The notes beneath the pieces were generated by a model. It did no database searches, was not told the origin of the DNA, and saw nothing but the letters and a program-made list of their open reading frames with translations. This document shows, in pieces, positions 36,772-48,331 of a DNA stretch of 64,000 nucleotides (positions are counted from its first letter, which is position 1; each line of letters begins with the position of its first letter). The stretch is from Vicugna vicugna (lineage: Eukaryota). Where the stretch lies: assembly GCA_013265495.1 (NCBI GenBank), contig MU058226.1:458741-522740 (forward strand). The letters run 5' to 3'. The position numbers and the translations under genes were made by a program.

Positions 36772-37698
36772 CTACAGAGCAAAGGCTCCAAAGAATACGC
36801 TACTGGGGCTGAGGAGCAGGTGGGAGATGCCGTCTGTGTGAGTGGATAGCTGGTCTCCCCGGGTGAGCAGGAACACAGCCCCCTGGTACACTGAGCGCAC
36901 CCAAGGTCCCTGCGGCCCCGGGCACACGGACTTCTGAGCACTGAGGAGAGGCACGTGGAAGGGGTACTGGGAGGAGAAGAGCTGGACCTCGTGGGCCAGA
37001 TAGAGAGGGGTGGGGGTGGCCTTGGGGAAGCAGCCTTCTCCAGAGAAGACCACCTGGGAGTAGACGAAGTAGAGGCCACTGGTGGGGACCAGGAGGGAAT
37101 TGTTGCTCAAAGAGAAGCCGTGGCGGAGGAAGGCGCGATCTGTGTTTGCCTTCCAGCGAAGCAAGTCCTGGGTGCTCGGGTCTCCTAGGAAGAGCCAGAG
37201 GGGGTGGGGGTCAGAGCCCTGGGGGTCAGAGGTCTCAATCCCTGAGGAGGGAGGTGCTAGACTGAGTTCCTGGGGGGTGGTTGGGAGGACGGAGGGAGTG
37301 GGATGCCTCTGTTTTGGGGGTGAGGGAAGAGGGGGGAAAGCTGGAGGGGATGCTTGGGTCCCTGAAGGCGAGTAGGAGGAGGGCTGGGGGCTACATGTCC
37401 AGGAGGGCAGGTGGGTGTTTACCAACAAGGTGAGCAGCAGGTTTGAGGGTGCCTTGGGCGAAATGCTTCGGGGGTTGCTGATGGGTAGTCCGTGCAGCTG
37501 AGGGTGGGAGTCCCTAGGGGAGAACGGATTTGAGAGAGGATCTAAGGCCCAAGGTTGGGCTGGGCCACCCCTGTGGCCCTGGTTCTCCTGCTGCCTCACC
37601 TGGGCCTCAGGCGGCAGGGCCAGCAGCAGCCCTAGAAGGAGGAGGAGGAGGGGGGTGCTGCACACCCTCAGGAGGTAGAGACGTCCAGGTGGTGTCAT
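36772..37698 (-). CDS. LTA: Lymphotoxin alpha, 200 aa
   Basis: Coding exons 37698-37600, 37513-37423, 37184-36772 (603 nt). [42 protein letters not shown]...[29 protein letters not shown]...[10 protein letters not shown]. Non-coding exon 1 ends at 37970; AATAAA at 36163-36158. Confidence 0.97.
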   Translation of the reverse strand: MTPPGRLYLLRVCSTPLLLLLLGLLLALPPEAQVRQQENQGHRGGPAQPWALDPLSNPFSPRDSHPQLHGLPISNPRSISPKAPSNLLLTLLVNTHLPSWTCSPQPSSYSPSGTQASPPAFPPLPSPPKQRHPTPSVLPTTPQELSLAPPSSGIETSDPQGSDPHPLWLFLGDPSTQDLLRWKANTDRAFLRHGFSLSNNSLLVPTSGLYFVYSQVVFSGEGCFPKATPTPLYLAHEVQLFSSQYPFHVPLLSAQKSVCPGPQGPWVRSVYQGAVFLLTRGDQLSTHTDGISHLLLSPSSVFFGAFAL

Positions 37699-38123
37699 GG
37701 GGAGAACCTGCGGGGGAAAGAGACAGTGAGCGGGGCGGGGCACGATGCGGAAGACGGGCCTCCCGCCTGCAGAGACCGCCACCCTGAGAGACGGGGTGGC
37801 AGACAGAGAAGGGGACAAGATGCAGTCAGGGAAACCCCGAGGTGAGCAGGGGGAGACAGAGAGAAACAGACAGGGAGGGAAGAGAGAGGGATGGGGCAGG
37901 AACACAGAGCGTGTGCCAGAGGCTGGCAGATAGAGTCAGAGAGAGGGAACAAACCAAAACCAAACCCACCAAGGCCCAGCGGGGAGGTGCAGGAGGGGTC
38001 AGGGCACGGGGGAGGGACCGAACCCACGGGGGAAGGAGTCCACCCGCCAGGGCAGCCCAGGGAGATGGGGCGGGAGAGTCTCACCTGCTGTGTGGGGCCT
38101 CTTGGCCCGGACGCCTGGGTCCC

Positions 38124-38202
38124 TTTATAGAGGAAGCGGCAGTGGCAGCGTGGCAGGCGGCGGGCGGGTTCTAGGCCGGGGCTGGGGCCCGGGGAAGCCC
38201 CC
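38124..38202 (-). promoter_or_regulatory. LTA core promoter
   Basis: TATAAA at 38129-38124; kB site GGGGGCTTCCCC at 38202-38191. Confidence 0.8.
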
Positions 38203-39889
38203 AGGGCTTAGAAGATGCTGCTGTTTCAGTCGAAGGCAGGAAAGGCTGAGGCCTAGGAGAGAACCGCAGGCTGGGGGCTCAGACGACTGAGTTCTGGGAA
38301 AGGGAGTCGGGGTCAGGGGAACCGTGGGCTGGGAGGGCCAGGGAGTGGGGTCAGGCTTAGGAGTTCCAGAGAAGGGACAGTAAATTCAGAGGAGGAGAAG
38401 GGGAGCAGCTGGGGTGTGGGCTGATCGCCCGGTTCCCTGAAGAGCGATTATGTATAACACCTTTGCACCCTTGGCTGATTACAGGCTTCTCTCTGTGCAC
38501 ATTTCCTCCTCTGGTACCCCTGTCCTTGTCCCAAAAGGCTCAAGTCACATTTGTCCCAGTATGTGTATTTTCCAGCTCATCTGGCAGATTTCACATCAAG
38601 AAGTTCCACTAGATACCCTCCTGCCTGCGGCATCCTGGTTTATGCCTGTTGTCTTGGTAGAAATATTCATGGAGCCCCCTTTTGAGCTCAGAAGTATCCT
38701 GGTTTGGAAAATCCTATTCAAGGATGAGGCAAGGAACTCACATATGATGAGATTTTGTCTTAACTGTTGAAGGATGTTCTCCACCTCATCCCACCCTTAG
38801 GTGGGCCCCACAGATCAGACTTATAAACTGTGCCTTCCACACAAATACACTCCAGGATCAAGGAATGTGGCAACTTCTAAAGTTCTCTATAGGGGAGGCT
38901 TCAGAATCCCACACAGATAGAGCTTAAGGGTGGGTGACCTGGGGTGGGGAGGCAGGCAGTGAAGAGACTTATCAATGTAACGTCAATGAATGCACTGTTG
39001 TAAAATCATTAAGGATTTCCACCTTTTATTGATGTAGACCTTAGGTACAGTGAGGTGCACTTCTCCTAAGTGGATAGCCTGATGAATTTTTTCATCTGTT
39101 TATAGCCATGTAGCCACCACCCAGTGCAACATATTTTTAGGTCCCCAGAACATTCTCTCGGACCCTCTCCCAGTTCATATCTTTCAAAGATAACCAACCA
39201 CTTTCTGACCTCTATCACTATAGACTAGTTCTTCCTGCTTTTGAACTTCATATAAATGAAATCCTGTAGACTGTACTCATCTGTGTTTGGCTTCTTTCAC
39301 TCAAAATTACATTTGTGAGACTAGTCTATATGGCTTTATGCAGCAGTAGTAATTTTTATTTCACTCTGATGCAATATTCTATTATGAGAATATACTCTAA
39401 CTTACTTATCTATTCTTCTGTTGATGGGCATTCCATTGGTCTCTAGTTTTTAGCTAGTATGAAAAACGTTGATATGAACATTCTCGAACATGAGCCAGTT
39501 TTCACTTAGCTTGTAGGTTGCAGGTTTTTAAAAAAAGGAAGGTTTCTAAAGATGATTTTAGTCACGTTTTGTAAGACTGAGAAAGTAACAATTGGCTGCC
39601 TCAATTATTATTATTGTTCTTACTTGTTATGCTTTCATTTGGAAGGTTTTGGAGGGCCTGGGGCTGGGGATGGTGGTGATGGAGGCTAAAGCTCTCCCTC
39701 TGTTACACTGGGCAGAAAGTTCCTGAAGGGTCCTGGGGTCCGGTGGCACATACAGGATATTCAGGGTGTGCATGAGTTATTTTTCTATTTTCCTTCCCCT
39801 CCTTGAGGCCTTGAAACTTTGTCTTTCATGCCTTACTAGTCTAACCTATTAGTTCTTTTCGTTCTCATTCCATCTCTTTGGTTTTCTCT

Positions 39890-42640
39890 CTATTTCACAA
39901 ACATTTATTGAGCACCTACACAAGGCATTGAGGAGATGAACATGAAGGACAGTCCCTTGATCTCTGGGAGCCCAAAGACCAGTGTAGGAGACACAATTAT
40001 CAGATAATTACAATAAAGTGTGATACATTCTGTGACAGAGGGCTTATGGCAGCCCATAGAAAAGCCATCGAACTTGGCCTGGGGGAGAGGTGATTCAGGC
40101 ATCTTATGAAGGGAAAGAAGACGGTGAAACGCATTCGAGATAGAGGGAAGAGAAGGTGCAAAGACTGGATGTAAAAGAGTATGAAGTGTGCTAACATGTG
40201 CAAGCGGGTACAAACAGAAGGAGCAGAGATGAGGCTTGGGAGGTAAGCTGAGAACACATCCTGGGGGGTTTAAACCCAAGAAAGGAGGTTTGGATTTCCT
40301 TCTAAATAGGATGGGGAGCCACCAAAAATTTTAAGTGAGAGAGGAACCCACCCAGATTGGTATATTTTTAAAAAATGAGCCTGGAAGCTACACGAAGAAG
40401 GAATTGAGAAAGTAAGGATGGGTAAAACATCTGGAATTGAGGTATGGGAGTTGAGGGGCTGGAGGGGAAACCAGAAGTGCGGAGGGTTTTGCAACAACCC
40501 AGCAAGGAAGTGACAGGAGCCTGCCTTTATGTCAAGGTAGCAGTAGGAGAATGGAAAGGAGAGTTTCTAGGCAAAACCTCCAGGTCTTGGTGGCTGACCA
40601 AATGTGACAGAGAAAGACGCATAGCCACAGATCCCTCTTTTAAATATCTTGATCTGTATCTTGGTTTCATTTTATTTCTCTTAACCTCATTGTTTCTTTT
40701 GTCACTGTTGGCCTCCCTCTTGGTCCCTGCTCCTTTCCTTTCCTGTGTCCCTTCCTCTAGAGTCCCTTTTTCTTCCATCAGTCTCTTTCTGCCTCTCCAG
40801 TGGTGGGAGCTGATGGACTGAGAGACCTGAGCTGTATTAAAATATAAAATGGTGTTGCCGTTAATGGTAAGAAATAGAGAGAAAGGGAGAAACTTCAATC
40901 AGAGAGGAAGACTGGGGCATTGAGGGACAAAAAAGGGAAGGCGAGGAGGAAAAAAGAAGGAAGGACAAGAACTGGGCCAAGGCTCCTTGTCACGGGTGTT
41001 TGCGATGTGCTGAAGGACGTTCCCTGAGATGGGCCAATCTTGGTTTCAATCTCAGTTTCGGAGGTTGTGTGAAATTTGGTTTCTTTCTTGAGGAGGCCAG
41101 CAGTTGGTTTGGGGCTTTCCCTGGGTGGGAGGGGTGATGACTGGAGTCTTGTGCCCCAAACTTAGGGAAATACAGTTTCTATAGTGGTCTCTGAGGAGGA
41201 ACTAGTGAAATCTCTGAGCCCTCCAAATGAGGTTGAACTGACATTAGACTCAAAGTTGAACTTCGCCTCAAAACCTAAACTGGGATTTAATGCCAACTTT
41301 GATCCTAACCCATCTTTAACCTCAACTCAAATCACAACTCAAACTCAACCCTAACCTCAAATATAAACACAGCTCAATAGATGAAGCCCCAAATAAACTT
41401 ATCCTCTAAACAAACCTGACCCTGTTTCTAGAGCTAGTCTGGAAATCAACTCATCCCCATGCTTAACCCTATAGTTAAACCTGACTCTAAATGTAAGTTC
41501 AGTCTGAGCCACAAACCCAAAGTTGAGCTTTATTCTGCTTTTACTCCATTATTCACCCAAGCCTCCATTTAATAATTGAGTCTTACTTGAGTGCTTACTA
41601 TGTGCTGAGCACTGTTCTAGGCAGTAGGGACATAGTGGCTAACAAGTCAGACAAGGAACCTGCACTCATGGAGCTGACATTCTAGTGAGGCAAGGCAGAA
41701 AAGAAATACACTGAAGATGAAATCAGTAAGCAGTGCTATGAGGAAATAAGACAGGGTCATATGATACGAATGGCAGGGAACTATTTTAGACACAGGAAAG
41801 GTCAGGAAAGTCCTTCTTGAGTAAATGGCATTTTAAGCTGAGACCCAAATGATAGGAGTGGCTGAGTGAAGGTTTGTGGAAGGAGCTTTCCAGGAAAGGG
41901 AATAGCTATTGCAAGGGCCGGAAGGTGGAAATGAACTGGGGCTGTTGAGGAACAGAGAGGAGGCCAGTGTGGCTGGAACAGAGAGAGTGGGAGATGAGTG
42001 GGGAATGAGGTCATAGAGGAGGGGCAAGGGCCAGATCACACAGGGCCATGTAAGGATGGGTAAAGCATCTGGATTTTACTCAACCATGAGAAACTTTGGA
42101 GGGTGTCTATGTATGTGTAAATGTATGAATGTGTGCATATGAGACAGAGAGAGGTGTAGGTATGAGGTACAGGTGATTGGATTTATGTTTTTAAAAGATC
42201 ATCGTGGCTGCTGTGTTTAGACTGGACTGTAGCGGGGAAGATTGCAAGCAGGGACACCAGTTAGGAGGCAATGCAGTCATCCTGGAGAGAAGATGGTGGT
42301 AGCCATGAAGATGGAGAGAAGTAGACAAATTTGGGATATATTGGGATATATTTCAGGGGCAGAATTGATAAGATCAGAAGATTGACTGGATGAATGGTGT
42401 TGGAGGTGAGGTGGGGAGACTGGGAGAGAAGCAGGATTCTGATGGGATGGGAGAACTAGAAGTTCAATTTTGGATTTCAGTTTAAATCTATCGGACAGAC
42501 ATTCCAGTCTTGGATGACATTCAAATCTTGCCAAGAGATGTCACTTGGTAGTTGTATATATGAGTAGATTTCAGAGGCAATATCAGAACTAGGGTGTCAA
42601 CACTGGGAACTGTCAGCATGAAGAAAGCCATGGAATTGGA
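39890..42640 (-). mobile_element. LINE-2 fragments (about 39890-40600 and 41575-42640) flanking a unique segment
   Basis: L2 tails CAAACATTTATTGAGCACCTAC and TTGAGTGCTTACTATGTGCTGAGCACTGTTCTAGG; body motifs GGAGGCCAGTGTGGCTGGA, TTTTAAAAGATCA. Confidence 0.7.
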
Positions 42641-42936
42641 AGAGATACTTTATCTTGCCCATCTCCGTAAGACCCCTTCAAGGTATTTTATGTTTTCCCT
42701 CACAATAAATGCAATGTATCTTCCATTCTAAACTCCAGAAGCAATAGCCTCTTGTGTCCAGAAGCAAATCTCTCCAGGCTTTGTCTTCTTCTGAACTCTC
42801 ACTGGAAATCCTCCCTGGATTCAATTCCCTATCCAACGAAGAATGCTTCTACCATTCCATTTCACAATATTTTATGGAACTCCTTATGTGTTCAAATTCT
42901 GTTTCACTTTTGAAAGCATCTTCCTCTGGCACATTG

Positions 42937-43093
42937 TCACAATTTTTAAAATTTTATTTATTTATTTATTTTTAGGTGGGGAGGGAAATAATTAGGTTTA
43001 TTTATTTATTTTTAGAGAAGGTACTGGGGATTGAACCTAGGACCTAGTGCAGCTAAGCATGCACTCTACCACTTGAGCTATACCCTCCCCTCC
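42937..43093 (-). mobile_element. tRNA-derived SINE (camelid-type)
   Basis: Minus strand GGGGAGGGTATAGCTCAAGTGGTAGAGTGCATGCTTAGC...GGTTCAATCCCCAGTACC plus an (AAAT)n tail. Near-perfect TSD TCCTCTGGCAC(A/T)TTG at 42922-42936 and 43094-43108. Confidence 0.88.
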
Positions 43094-46000
43094 TCCTCTG
43101 GCACTTTGAAACCTGGCTTTCCCCTAATGATGCTCCGTCTGTCTTGGGAGGTGGGAGGCTGCTCTTTCTTTCACTTCCATCACTAGGGGCAGGAGGAGTC
43201 AGAGGGGAAGCCACTCTTCTCTTCTCTCCACTCTGCACCATTGATAACCTCCTCCTCTTCTTGAAGCCCATGCCTTTTGCATTTTCCATGTTCTTCCGGT
43301 CTTCACAGCACAATCTTCACCAAAATCTCTACCAGGCTCTTAATTTGTATACCTAGCAGTTTTTCTCCACATCTCATCCCCTTCTACTAGCTTTAGTGAC
43401 TTCAAAACCACACAGACATGATGAAATTTACAATCTGGCCTCTCACTGCTTCAAATTTTTCAACTTTCTCAACAGCATTATAGCCTCTTTCCCTGCTCCA
43501 CTTTAGCTACCCATAAGCATACCACCCAGAAGGTGGTACCTCACACCTCAGCATCACTTGGAAAGTCTACACCTTCAAGATCTTGAACTCTGAATTTTCC
43601 CTCTCATCACAACCACCCACTTTTCACACCTTCCACTCTCTCCCTCCCATTGAGTCAGTTCATTCTTGCCAAGACCTCCATCTTCTTCTTTCCTTGTTTT
43701 CCTTGCTTATTTGGTTTAACCTGTACTGTATAGTCAAAAATTCAACTACCTTCACTAGCACTTTAGGATCACTGTCTGATATAGGCTACCAAGAAGACCT
43801 TGAAAAACTTGATTTCGGTGAACTCGATGGTCTCATGGTTGGGTCTTTCTCCTAGGCTACCAAGCACTGCAGGAGAGAGTGATGTCACCATAAGAGGCCT
43901 GCCTTCTACTGAGCCTGGCCATCTAACCTCAGACAACCCTCAGTGTTCCCTAAACTTTGTTGATTCCCTTGTTCTACTCCCGCAGGTGATGTTCTAAATC
44001 TCCATGCCTCCCTACTTTTTTACTCTCAGTTGGTGATGCTGTCTTTATTGAGCTTAAGACCATTCAAGGTGGATCTCTTTACCTCCTTCTTTTCCCTTTA
44101 GTTAATATTTCATTTTTCCTTTCTTCTTGACTCAGAGACTCTTCCTCCGGTCCAAGGCTGATGCTTTGTACTCTGTATCCCCCTTCTCTGTCCTTACTAT
44201 ACTCTTTCCCACCTTTGTTATGTTTTCAGTATCTTTCTCTTTTCATGTGCCTTCATTTTACATACTCAACTTTACTTCTTGAAAATAAAAAAAGACTCCC
44301 CTGGACTCCCTTTTTTCCCCTCAAATATCCATTTCATCTCTCACCTTCCTTTTCTGCATGATGTCTCAAGAGACTAGCCCCCTAACTAACCACTTTTTCG
44401 GGAACTGGTAAAATTTTCCTCATCTGTAAAATTCGTGGGTTGAACTAGAGATAACTCTCAGTTATCTTTTGTAGTCACCATTCTATGACTTTGTCTTCAC
44501 CACCTCCCTTTCTTCACCTCCCACTCATTCCTCAACCTAGGTAAAGCAAATTCTGCCCCTCTGGTAAGTGGAAACTGTTTTCTCAAAATTTGTAATCGTC
44601 TAGTTCCTGAACCCAAAGGATCCTTTGAACTCTCACCTACTAGGCTTCTTTGAAGCATCAGATGTGGCTGCCCAGTCTCTGCTTGGCACACCCCTCCTTT
44701 GCCCTACTTCTCTGAATGCTCCCCCAACCTCTCTCTTTTATTGGTTCCTCTTTCTTTGATCATCCTCAAGGCTCTTCTGGCCATTCTCTTTTGGGGGGGG
44801 GGGATCCTGTTCACTTAGAGGTTGAACCTCCATTGGAAAAGGAACGATGCCATTATTTGTCCCTTCAGCAGCCCCAACTTTTCTCTTGAGCTCCAAACCT
44901 GCTTGCTGGAACTCTCCACCTGAGTATTATGCTAACACCTTAAACTCAGCAGACCTTCTCTGAGCACTTTACTACTCTAAGCAGGTGCACCTCCCATCAT
45001 TACCTGTAGTTGGTATTTGTATATTGTTTGTTTTAGACTGCAAGTCCTGTGAGGGCAGTGACTATTTCATTTATACCCATTGTCTAGCAGAGCATCCTGC
45101 TCCTATCAGGTCCTTAATAAAAATTTATTGATTGTATGTCTGAAATCAACTCATCTTTCCCCTCAGCCACACATCTTCTTGGTTTAGGGCTTCCGGCATC
45201 ATCTTTCCAATCCCCTCGGCTCAAAACTTGGAGTCATCTAAGACCCCTCTTCCCTCACTCCCACCATCCAGGTGGTTGGTTTGTCCTAATGACTTCTCTC
45301 CCAAAAGTTTATAAAATCTGTTCCTTCCCTTTAATGCCACTTGGAATGACTGGGACCTAAGTAGACAGGACACAAGTTTTGGAGTAAGATAATTTTAATG
45401 CTAATTCCACTACTTTTTAGCTGTGACTTTAAGCAAGTTATAGTGTGTGGATAAGCCTCAGTTCCTCAGTTCCTGTGTATTGGAGAGCCACCACCTACCT
45501 TTGGACAGCTGCTGGCAGGATTCTGACATTAGTTTTGAAAAGGGCTTGACGTGGTTAACATATAGTATGTGTTCAAAGAATGTCAGCTGTTTTCTTTGTC
45601 CCTTGCCTGTACGCCTGCAGCGCTCCCCAGTTCTCCCTCTTCTTCATGGTTGTCACAGCGTCACTGCTCACAGGATAAAGTCCAAATCCCTTATGTTGAC
45701 ATTCTGTGTCCTTTCTTCAACACGTGCTCCCTCACACCTGCGCTTCATCTACCTCGGGACACTCATCTTTCCCGAACGTACACACTCTATTTTCTGATGC
45801 CCAGCCTCTGTTCAAGGCGTTTCACTCATCGCCGGAGCCTTTCCTTCTATCACCCCTGCCCGCAGAAATCCCACCTGTTCATCAGCACCAGCTCAAATGC
45901 CCTGTCCCTCTTCAGGGAACCCAGGGTGCCTTCAGTTAGAATTCACCTCCCCTTTCTCTATATCCACCGTACCTTACTCTAACATTTACTCAGCATGCCT

Positions 46001-48331
46001 TGAATCAGTTAATTAGGTATGGGGCCTGCCTCTCTGGTTGGATGTAAACTTGAAGCAGAGTTTGAATTTATCTTTGGGCTACTTGATGCTCTGCTGAACT
46101 GCACTGAATAGAGTCCCTCCCAGACCCTTTTCTTAACCCAAACCTACCACAATTTCAGTCCCCCAGATTATCCTCTTCAATCTCACCAGTCTCATTCCCA
46201 ACCCTGTTTATCTAACTGAACCCCAATGCATTCTCCACTGAGAAGTGATTCCTCATTCCAGCTCTAGAGAGCAGACAGATGTATACACATCCACCTACCC
46301 CAGTGTTTCATTGTAGGCACTGAGTCACCCCTTGGGGATCCCTGGTCCCCCCTCCCCACCCACTCCGTGGTGGACAGGATGCCTGCTGCCTGGCCCCAGG
46401 GGGTCAGAGGAAGCCAGGGCCTCTGGGGCTCAGTATTTTTATCAGCCTAGGAAATAAGAGACACAGAAGCGGAAACCATGTGGTCAGAGAAAGTGAACAG
46501 CCCTCATCTCAGGGGAACCCCCAACAGGGCTGGGGGCCAGACGCCAGGTAGAGACGTTGGAAAGAGGGAGGTCTGGGGAGCCAGCTAACAGGACTTATTT
46601 TGCTTCAGTTTTATGTGACTCTTGCAGAGAGAAAAATAATGTGCTTAAAAACCAGAGAAAAATCTTCTGGGTAAAGGAACACATTTAGACACTCAAGTTT
46701 TCTGTTGCTTACCTCTCAACCCCCAGCTGAGGGATCCTAACCCCAACTCCGCCCCCTACTCTGAACCTGAGCTCTTTGCATGCCACTTCCGAAAGCTCCG
46801 GCCTGTGAGGGGAACCGGACGCCTGGGTTGCTCACAGCTCGAAGTCTCTTCTCTGAATCACAGCAGCTTCCTCTCACAGGATCTTTCTCACCAGCCCTTC
46901 CTCTCCTGCCCCATGAACATCTGCCTGGTCGCTCGGAGACCTGGGGCCTCTTGGCTCTGCCTTCTCCAAAGGTCTCACTCCCAACCCATATTCCCAGCTT
47001 CCAGAGGCGTCCCCTCCCTGTCCCCTATCGCCCTCCACTTCCACTCCTGGGACTTTCTTGTGTAGACCAAACCTGAAAAATACGTTTCTGATTCATAAGA
47101 TTCTCTGCTGCAGACACGTGCAGACTGCACACATGCCAGCACACATCTGTGCTCTCCTCTCAGTCCTGCCCTTTCTTTTTGCCGAGCTTCCTGTAGTGTC
47201 CTGGTGGAGGGCAGTGGGTTTGGTCCTGTCTACAACTTCCTATCCCAGTTCCAGGGAGCTGGAGTCAGAACTGGGTATGAATAGTGGAAGGGATGGTGCC
47301 CCGCTCCTTCCACCTTGGGAATCCTAAACCCTCTCTCTCCACCCTCCAGGATCTCTTCCTCAACCTCAGAAGGAGATATTTATCTGGAAGGCCAAGATTG
47401 GGCTGCCCAGAGACAAGCCCAGGTTTGGAATGGGGCAGAAGCTGGATGGAGGGAACTGAGAATGGGGCTCTAGAGGAGGAGACACAGGACTGAGAAGGCA
47501 GAGAGGAGAGATGGCCTCGGGTGTGGATCCCTGGTTGCCCAAGAATAGACAACCCAAGTTACATAATTTGGCTCTTTCCACCTCCTTCCCCTGCTCCTAA
47601 CTTTAGCAACCAAAATTCCACTCCCCCATAGGGCTCTTCCTCCATCCATCCTGCTTCTATCCCCCATCCTCCCATAGCCTCCTCATGGTCCTCCAGCTCC
47701 AGCTGCCCCCAATTCAGATCATTCAGTGACTCAGCAAAGGGAAAGCCCTGTGTTGGGGGACGGGGGTGTTAAATGGGGAGGAGGATGTGGTTCTGGTTGG
47801 GGAGCTGGGGAGGGGAGGGAAACTGCTTTTGTTCCCCTTTTTGCCTCCGTTCACATCTATTTCTCCAACCACTGACTAAAGAGTGGAGAGGAGCCCAGCA
47901 TAGGGAGTGGAGAGACCAGAGGGCAAACTGGGCCTTCTTAGGGCCGCCCTTGTGGGAGGGCAGGCAGGCGGGCAAACAGGGAGCTTCTAGTCTCCAGCTG
48001 AGGGCACGAGTTAGTGTGTGCATGCATGGTGCAGGTGTGTAGGAGCTGTGGGTTTTGGCAGGCGGAGCGGGAAAGGAGATGTCATGGGTGATGAAAACCA
48101 CAGCAATGGAAAAAGGCAGAGGAGACACCAGGAGTGAGATGTGGAACCAGGTCTTATTAGGAAATGGCAGAGTCAAGGAGCAGTGGCGGTGGCCCACATC
48201 CCCCCACCCCCGCTCATTACAAGTTTTGCTCCCACCCCATATCCTCTGCTGTTTAGCACCGGAGGCCTCCTCCTCGTCATCCCTTTCCTACTGCCCTGCA
48301 CTCCCTGCAGTTTCTTGCCTTTTTCCTGGGG

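Noticed and set aside
36772..37905. 377-aa ORF spanning LTA
   Set aside because: Chance read-through of introns. The spliced three-exon model gives the normal LTA protein, and the ORF is out of frame over exon 3.
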